Shown here piece after piece: positions 57,251-64,000 of a stretch of DNA of 64,000 nucleotides; position 1 is the first letter of the stretch; each line of letters begins with the position of its first letter. Both the position numbers and the translations under genes were made by a program. The stretch comes from Candidatus Woesearchaeota archaeon (GTDB lineage Archaea; Nanobdellota; Nanobdellia; SCGC-AAA011-G17; JAGVZF01), in the NCBI GenBank assembly GCA_964549185.1, contig CAZJUI010000002.1, forward strand, positions 28,409 through 92,408, written 5' to 3'. Under the pieces are notes generated by a model. The model saw nothing but the letters and a program-made list of their open reading frames with translations. It was not told where the DNA came from and made no database searches.

Positions 57251-59257
57251 ATGAGGCAAAAAATAATATTCTTAATTGCATTTCTATTTATATCTAGTAA
57301 TGTGTATGCTCTTGATCAAGCTTCCAATTCTTCATTTTTAGATGTAGGAACAATACGCTCTGGAACAGCTCCAAATTGGCAAGGTTTAACTGGAAACGGA
57401 GTCATAGTAGGAATTGTAAGTACGGGAATTGATTATAATCATAAAGATTTTAAAAATACAGATGGAACAACAAGATTTCTTTATATTTGGGATCAAACTC
57501 GTGCTGGCGGAGGATTAACACCCCCTGCAGCTCCCTTTAATTATGGTGATGAATGCAATCAAGCTAAAATAAATTCTGGAAGTTGTGGTAATTTTGTTAG
57601 AGACAGCGATGGTTTTGGTACACACAATACAGGAATTGTAGCTGGAAATGGGCAAGATTATGATACCACAAAAGCAGCTCCACAATGTACACCTCATCCG
57701 GAATTATGTAATCCTTACATATATGTGGGAATTGCTCCCAAAGCAGATATGATATTTGTTAAAGCTCTTTTTGATTTTGGAAGTTATCAAATAAAAAAAG
57801 AAAATGAGGTAAAAGATGCTGTAGATTATATATTTCAAAAAGCTGCCTCTTTAAATAAAGATGCTGTTGTTTTAATAGGTGCAGAATTAAAATCTGGACC
57901 AAGAGATAGTACCCATTCATTAGAGCAAAACTTAAATTCTTTAACAGGATCTGGGAAAATAATAATAACTTCTGTAGGTGGCGATGGTAATTCGAATTAT
58001 CATGCCACTATTCCCCCATTGACCATCCCCAAAATTGTAAAGTTTAATGTGCCTAGCTATGCTCCAGATAGCACCACCCCACCAAATATCGTAGTTGAAG
58101 GATGGTATGATACAATAGATAATTTCGCTGTTAAAGTAACTTCACCTGCTCCTCCTGATGGTAGCGGAGCAATAATAGGACCGCTTGCAATGGGGGGAAC
58201 AACACTTATTTCTACAACACCAGATGGAACAGTATCTATACAAAATTCTATAGTAAATTCAGAAGGAGATCATAAAATATCGGTTAGTATATATAGAGAT
58301 GTGACTGGTTCACCAGAACCTGCTGATGGAGATTGGACTATTGAAATTATACCATCAATAGATCAAGTAAAAGATGCAAATTTTTGGATAACTAAATGGT
58401 TTTTAGATACATCCTCAATACCGAGATTTGTACAGGGAGTATCACAAGATACCACATTAACAACACCTTCAAGTGGATTAAATCTTATATCCGCAGGATC
58501 GTATTCTACAAGAGGATGGTTTTATAATGGAAATTCTTTAAATCCGACACTTCGTTCAGATTGTAATCTCTTAGGTGCAGTTTATTATGCATCAGGTCAT
58601 GGACCAAGATTAACATTAACAGATTCTACATCTCCCGATATAGTAGCTCCAGGATTTTGCATTATATCTTCATTGTCTGGAGCAGTTTCTACAAGTAATA
58701 CTTACAAAACTCCAGATAGAAAACATTATTCTAACGCAAACCCATTCGGAGGAGCAGCATTTGTTACAGGAACAGTTGCTTTAATCTTAGAACAATGTCC
58801 TGATTTATCTCCAACCGAAGTCAAAGATATACTTAAACTTCAGTTAACAGTTTCAGATTCTTACACAGGATTAATCCCAAACAATATTTATGGATATGGA
58901 AAATTGAAATTAAAACCATTTACCTGTACAAATCCTCCATTGGATTCTGATGGAGATGGTTGTATTAATTCAATAGATTATGATCCAAATAATCCTTGTC
59001 CTAAAGATACCTGCCAGCCATATAATTCATTATGTGACTCAACATGCAAATTAGTAGAATGTGCATCTAATCAAAAATGTGTTTCAAATAACTTGGGGAA
59101 TAAGGTATGTACAGATCTTCCAACTCAAAAAAAAATTGCTCGCTATTCTCAAGAAACTTCTTCAACTGCTTTCGTAGTAATAGTTTTATTAATCGCATTA
59201 TTAATCTATTTCACAGAGATTGAAAGAGATGGGAAAAAGATAAAGAAAAAAAGATAA
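57251..59257 (+). CDS. Subtilisin (S8, Csp-like) pseudoprotease, secreted and TM-anchored
   Basis: GLTGNGVIVGIVSTGIDYNH, GFGTHNTGIVAG, GIAPKA, PDIVAPG, YGYG; catalytic D, H, S and oxyanion N replaced. Confidence 0.85.
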   Translation: MRQKIIFLIAFLFISSNVYALDQASNSSFLDVGTIRSGTAPNWQGLTGNGVIVGIVSTGIDYNHKDFKNTDGTTRFLYIWDQTRAGGGLTPPAAPFNYGDECNQAKINSGSCGNFVRDSDGFGTHNTGIVAGNGQDYDTTKAAPQCTPHPELCNPYIYVGIAPKADMIFVKALFDFGSYQIKKENEVKDAVDYIFQKAASLNKDAVVLIGAELKSGPRDSTHSLEQNLNSLTGSGKIIITSVGGDGNSNYHATIPPLTIPKIVKFNVPSYAPDSTTPPNIVVEGWYDTIDNFAVKVTSPAPPDGSGAIIGPLAMGGTTLISTTPDGTVSIQNSIVNSEGDHKISVSIYRDVTGSPEPADGDWTIEIIPSIDQVKDANFWITKWFLDTSSIPRFVQGVSQDTTLTTPSSGLNLISAGSYSTRGWFYNGNSLNPTLRSDCNLLGAVYYASGHGPRLTLTDSTSPDIVAPGFCIISSLSGAVSTSNTYKTPDRKHYSNANPFGGAAFVTGTVALILEQCPDLSPTEVKDILKLQLTVSDSYTGLIPNNIYGYGKLKLKPFTCTNPPLDSDGDGCINSIDYDPNNPCPKDTCQPYNSLCDSTCKLVECASNQKCVSNNLGNKVCTDLPTQKKIARYSQETSSTAFVVIVLLIALLIYFTEIERDGKKIKKKR

Positions 59258-59289
59258 AGCTTTTAAATTAAACTATTTCTAATTATATC

Positions 59290-61935
59290 ATGAATGAATT
59301 TAATAAAATAGAAAAAAAATGGCAAAAACTTTGGGAAGAAAAAAAAACATTTAAAACAAGATTAAATAAAAAAAAGAAACTATATGTTATAGAAATGTTT
59401 CCCTACCCAAGTGGTTTAGGATTACATATGGGCCATGCAAGAACTTATTGTATAGGTGATTGTTACGCTCGTTTTAAAAGATTGCAAGGTTTTAATGTTC
59501 TTTATCCGATGGGATATGATGCATTTGGGTTACCAGCAGAAAATGCAGCAATTAAAGAAAAAACTCATCCCAAAATTTATACAGAAAACGCAATCAAAAA
59601 TTTCAGAAAACAACTAACAGAACTTGGTTTAAGTTATGATTGGGATAAATCATTAGCAACTTGCTATCCTGATTATTATAAATGGAACCAATGGTTTTTC
59701 TTAAAGTTTTATGAAAAAAGCTTAGCTTACAGAAAAAAAGCTCCAATAAACTGGTGTCCGAAAGATCAAACTGTTTTAGCTAATGAACAGGTTATCGATG
59801 GAAAATGTTGGAGATGTGAAACTAAAGTTGAAATTAAACAACTTGAACAATGGTTTTTCAAAATTACAGATTATGCAGAAGAATTATTACAAGACATTAA
59901 AAATTTAGATTGGCCTGAAAAAATAAAATTAATGCAAGAAAATTGGATTGGAAAAAGTGAAGGGACACTAACAGAGTTCAAATTAAAAGATTCAGATGAA
60001 TATCTAGAGATATTTACAACAAGGATAGACACTTTATTCAGCGTGACATTTCTAGTGATGGCTCCCGAACATCCAAAAGTTTTGGAATTAGTAAAAGGAA
60101 CTTCTTATGAATCAAAAGCTAAAGAATTCATTAACAAGATTGTTTTAACAGAAAAATTTACAAGAACAGCAGAAGATAAGGAAAAAGAAGGGTTTTTTAC
60201 AGGACGATATGCAATAAATCCAGCAACTAATAAAGAAATCCCAATTTATCTCGCTAATTTTGTTGTTATGGATTATGGAACAGGAATTGTAATGGCAAAT
60301 GCTCATGATGAAAGAGATGTAGAACTAGCAAAAAAATATAACATTCCTTTAATTGAAGTATTAAAACATAAAGATGGAACAGATTTAGAAAAAGATGAAA
60401 TTTACACTGATTATGGAATATTAAAAAATTCAGCTCAATTTGACAATCTAACAAGCGAAGAAGCAATTCCCAAAATACAATCTTGGTTACAAAATAAAAA
60501 TCTAGGTAAAAAAACAATTCAATATAAAATAAGAGATTGGTTAATCTCAAGACAAAGATATTGGGGAACTCCAATTCCAATAATATATTGTGATAAATGT
60601 GGCATTGTTCCAGTTCCAGAAAAACAACTTCCGGTTATTCTTCCAGAAAAAGTAAAATTTACAGGAGAAGGTAATCCTTTATTGTCATCGAAAGAATTTG
60701 TTAATGTAAAATGTCCGAAATGTAAATCAAAAGCTAGAAGAGAAACAGATACAATGGATACATTTGTAGATTCTTCATGGTATTTCCTAAGATATACTTC
60801 AAATAAAGAGAAAAAAACACCTTTCAAAAAAGAAGCTGTAAAATATTGGCTTCCAGTTGATACCTATATTGGTGGAGCAGAACATGCTGTTTTACATTTG
60901 TTATATGCAAGATTCTTTACTAAAGTTTTAAGAGATTTAAAATTATTAAGTTTTGATGAACCTTTCTTAAAATTATTTAGTCAAGGAACAGTTACAAAAA
61001 ATAATGTTAGAATGAGTAAAAGTCACGGCAACGTTGTTTCTCAAAATGAAATTGCTGATAAATACGGAATAGATACAGCAAGATTATATCTATTGTTTGT
61101 TTCCTCTCCAGACAAAGACTTGGAATGGAATGATGAAGGAGCAGAAGGAGCTTTTCGTTTCATAAATAAATTTTATTCTTTATACAAAGAAAAACATTCT
61201 CCAATTTCAAATATAAAAGACAAATTTTTATTAAATAAATTAAATAAAACAATAAAGGAAGTTTCTTTAGATATAGAAGAATTCAAGCTTAATCTTGCTT
61301 TAATAAAAATCATGGAATTAGTTAATTACATAGTAAAAAATAAAGAATATATTAGTCAAAAATTTTACAAAAATTCTTTAACACAAATTGCTATATTAAT
61401 TAATTCATTTACCCCACATATTTCAGAAGAATGTTATAAATTATTAGGAAAGAAAGGATTTTCATCTCTACAAAAATGGCCAAAATACAATATAAAAAAG
61501 ATTGATGAAAGAGTAGATGCTATCGAATATTTAATAGAAGCAACAAAAGAAGATATAAGAAGAATTAAAGAATTAATTAAAATAGAACCGAAAGAAATAA
61601 CTTTATTTATTTCAGAAAAATGGAAATATAGTTTTTATTATAATCTAAAAAAAGAACTTGAAAAAACAAGAGATATTAAAACTTTGATGAATCATTTAAT
61701 GCTAAAAGAACATGAACAGGAAATTTCTAAGATAATTCCATCCGTTGTTAACAACCAACAAAAACTTCCATTATATATCTTGGATCAAAAGACAGAGTTT
61801 GAAAGTTTATCTAAAGAAAAACAATTACTAGAAAAAGAATTTAATGTAAAAATAAATATTATTCTTTCAGATAAAAACCAAGAACAAAAAGCAAAACAAT
61901 CCATTCCTGGAAAGCCAGCTATTATTCTTAAATAA
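59290..61935 (+). CDS. leuS: Leucyl-tRNA synthetase
   Basis: MFPYPSG..LHMGH, FTTR.DT CP1, DWLISRQRYWGTPIP, GGAEHA, RMSKS; C-terminal KA....PGKPAI. Confidence 0.97.
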   Translation: MNEFNKIEKKWQKLWEEKKTFKTRLNKKKKLYVIEMFPYPSGLGLHMGHARTYCIGDCYARFKRLQGFNVLYPMGYDAFGLPAENAAIKEKTHPKIYTENAIKNFRKQLTELGLSYDWDKSLATCYPDYYKWNQWFFLKFYEKSLAYRKKAPINWCPKDQTVLANEQVIDGKCWRCETKVEIKQLEQWFFKITDYAEELLQDIKNLDWPEKIKLMQENWIGKSEGTLTEFKLKDSDEYLEIFTTRIDTLFSVTFLVMAPEHPKVLELVKGTSYESKAKEFINKIVLTEKFTRTAEDKEKEGFFTGRYAINPATNKEIPIYLANFVVMDYGTGIVMANAHDERDVELAKKYNIPLIEVLKHKDGTDLEKDEIYTDYGILKNSAQFDNLTSEEAIPKIQSWLQNKNLGKKTIQYKIRDWLISRQRYWGTPIPIIYCDKCGIVPVPEKQLPVILPEKVKFTGEGNPLLSSKEFVNVKCPKCKSKARRETDTMDTFVDSSWYFLRYTSNKEKKTPFKKEAVKYWLPVDTYIGGAEHAVLHLLYARFFTKVLRDLKLLSFDEPFLKLFSQGTVTKNNVRMSKSHGNVVSQNEIADKYGIDTARLYLLFVSSPDKDLEWNDEGAEGAFRFINKFYSLYKEKHSPISNIKDKFLLNKLNKTIKEVSLDIEEFKLNLALIKIMELVNYIVKNKEYISQKFYKNSLTQIAILINSFTPHISEECYKLLGKKGFSSLQKWPKYNIKKIDERVDAIEYLIEATKEDIRRIKELIKIEPKEITLFISEKWKYSFYYNLKKELEKTRDIKTLMNHLMLKEHEQEISKIIPSVVNNQQKLPLYILDQKTEFESLSKEKQLLEKEFNVKINIILSDKNQEQKAKQSIPGKPAIILK

Positions 61936-62250
61936 TCACTTCCTTCTATTTCCAGCAATATTTATTGCTTTATTAACTTGTATCAATCCTATCAGAAATA
62001 ATATTACAAATAATACTCCTAATGGTCTTGAGGCAAACGGATCAAGTTTTCCCAAAGATATCAACAATGTCACTATTCTTGTAATAAACAAAACTATCAT
62101 ACTAAGCAGAGCCATAATAAAACCCTGCTTTAATAATCCATTAGTCTTTTTTATTAAATTATATAATATTATTAATATTGCTAAATTAATAATTAATCCT
62201 ATAATATCATAAACTACAGGCTTAAATAATATACTACTAATGTTTTTCAC
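61936..62250 (-). CDS. Small 3-TM membrane protein
   Basis: Three hydrophobic segments; overlaps the upstream gene end. Confidence 0.7.
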   Translation of the reverse strand: MKNISSILFKPVVYDIIGLIINLAILIILYNLIKKTNGLLKQGFIMALLSMIVLFITRIVTLLISLGKLDPFASRPLGVLFVILFLIGLIQVNKAINIAGNRRK

Positions 62251-64000
62251 CCCCCTTTATTTTGTTTATCCTATTCAACAATGAATCTCTGGTTTTTCTA
62301 TAACTAGTTTCACTTATCACTCCTTGATCAAATACTTTATCCAATTTTTTTAATTCAAATCTTAGTTTTATAATTCTTTTATCAGTTATATTAGAACTTT
62401 TCTTTATATATCCAGCATCAGCTAATTCATGCTCATCAACGTGTTTTTTAAATTTTATCGTTTCTTTCTTTATATGTTTTAAATATATAAATATAAATAT
62501 CAAAACAGCTAACATAAACATTAAAATGGCAGCATAAGTTAGATAGTTGACAAATCCTTCAGGATATCTTGTCCCCCTCTTAACAGTAAATAAATGAGTA
62601 GAACTGCCAACTATATTATTATAAGAAACTTTTACATAAAGAACATACTCTCCTGGTTTAAGGTCTTCAGGAATATAAAACTTCTTTAGATAACTAACTT
62701 CCCTTTCCAATCCTCTAGTTTCATGTTCAGATAAAATGATAATATCGTCTAAACTTTTTATTTGATAGTCTATCCTTACATCAACTAAATCCTTTAAATT
62801 CTTAAGATTTAGTAATGTTATTTCAGCAGATAATGTTCCACCCGGAGCAACAACTCTATTTTCACCTGATATGGTTATAGTAGAGTCAAATAAAGGATTT
62901 TCAGATTCAACTTCAATAATTACAGGTATTTCTTTTTCTATATCTCCTCCAGTTATAATAATCTTTCTGTTATAAGCATAAGGTTCAGTCCCAGTAGAAG
63001 CACTAAATATTAATTGTATTAACTTCTCTTCATTTGGTTTTAATTTTAAGCTTAATTTACTTTCTCCATTAATGAAAGTAACAAATTCTTTTAAATCACT
63101 TAAATCAATCTCTAAATCAATATTTTTCTTTTCATTATTAAAAATTTTGATAAACTCTTTTACATTTTCATTCTGTCTTAATGAAACTTTTATTACATCT
63201 ATATTTAGAATAAATGAATCTCTTTTTACAATAGCAGCTCCCGAACTTCCGCTCCCCCCACCCCCTCCACCCCCTCCACCCCCACCTGAACTTCCACCGC
63301 TTCCAGAATCACCAGAACTTCCAGGAGTTTCCTCAGAAGAGTAAGCAGAAAAATGTGTTACATTAAAGACTAAACTCCCATCGCTATAACTAATCTTATT
63401 GCAAATTGAATTAGGACAAACTTCTTCATCAATTAATATTCTTGGATTAGTATAAGCTAATCCATACAAAGATAGTAAAGCGCTTTTATTTAAGAAAGAT
63501 ACATAAGAGCTATTAATAACTAGATAATTAGATCTTATCTCGGTAAACAAATCAAGATTAATATCATCTTGGCTGATATTTATATTTTCCAAAAACTTTA
63601 TCATTCCAAAACTAGGTTTTTCTAAAGTAAAATTAGTTATGTTTTGCATCTGCCATCTAGTCATAGAGTTAAGATTAGTTGTATTCCCAGAATACTGAGA
63701 ATAAGAAACATTATATCTAAAACTGTTATTCACACTAAAACTAACACTCTCACTATCATTTACTGCACCGAGAGTATTATTGGCATAAACTCTTATTATA
63801 TGATTTCCTTCACCTATACTAAAATTAACATAATCTCCATTTAATGTTATATTTACTCCATTATCTAAATTATACCATCTCCTGCTTATTATAGGAGGAT
63901 TACCTCCAAATACATAATATCTTAGTTCAATGCTTTGATTAAAATTATAAGTAAAATTAACAGGTCTATAAATAAAAATATTTGGCGGACTACCAGAAAT
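62237..64000 (-). CDS. Partial large surface glycoprotein (continues beyond the right edge): Ig-like domain, Cys/HFS domain, poly-Gly linker, Ig domains, TM, cytoplasmic tail
   Basis: Frame stays open from 63733 to 64000 (ISGSPPNIFIYRP...GNHIIRVYANNTLG); many NxS/T sequons; VTHFSAY; GGSSGGGGGGGGGG. Confidence 0.85.
   Translation of the reverse strand: MSGSPPNIFIYRPVNFTYNFNQSIELRYYVFGGNPPIISRRWYNLDNGVNITLNGDYVNFSIGEGNHIIRVYANNTLGAVNDSESVSFSVNNSFRYNVSYSQYSGNTTNLNSMTRWQMQNITNFTLEKPSFGMIKFLENINISQDDINLDLFTEIRSNYLVINSSYVSFLNKSALLSLYGLAYTNPRILIDEEVCPNSICNKISYSDGSLVFNVTHFSAYSSEETPGSSGDSGSGGSSGGGGGGGGGGGSGSSGAAIVKRDSFILNIDVIKVSLRQNENVKEFIKIFNNEKKNIDLEIDLSDLKEFVTFINGESKLSLKLKPNEEKLIQLIFSASTGTEPYAYNRKIIITGGDIEKEIPVIIEVESENPLFDSTITISGENRVVAPGGTLSAEITLLNLKNLKDLVDVRIDYQIKSLDDIIILSEHETRGLEREVSYLKKFYIPEDLKPGEYVLYVKVSYNNIVGSSTHLFTVKRGTRYPEGFVNYLTYAAILMFMLAVLIFIFIYLKHIKKETIKFKKHVDEHELADAGYIKKSSNITDKRIIKLRFELKKLDKVFDQGVISETSYRKTRDSLLNRINKIKGGEKH

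Noticed and set aside
63240..63330. GC-rich segment as an RNA gene
   Set aside because: Encodes the poly-Gly/Ser linker of the surface protein.

Overview
Very AT-rich archaeal chromosome segment, most consistent with a DPANN (Woesearchaeota/Pacearchaeota-like) organism. Evidence: two intron-containing tRNAs without encoded CCA, BRE-TATA promoters, GGGGTGA/GGAGGTGA SD motifs, and many apparently leaderless genes. Contents: a surface-glycosylation cluster (GT2/GT4/GT-C-like/flippase), many secreted Ig-like and S-layer-like proteins, a nitrate/sulfonate-type ABC transporter, an MFS transporter, a CcdA-thioredoxin-VKOR operon, leuS, tRNA-Cys and tRNA-Arg, a free-standing LAGLIDADG gene, a mini-Rhs protein, an S8 protease homologue lacking its catalytic residues, and about ten toxin-antitoxin (TA)-like pairs. 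The most striking unexplained structure is that five to six TA cassettes, with no integrase or transposase in the window, sit between direct repeats of the flanking host sequence (18-258 bp). The repeats are usually the 3' end of the neighbouring gene, present as diverged alleles with mostly synonymous differences. Most cassette junctions fall on the stop codon of the cassette's last gene or at its BRE. At one locus the 258-bp gene end occurs three times, forming a stacked cassette array. All product calls come from motif reading by eye; no database searches were run.
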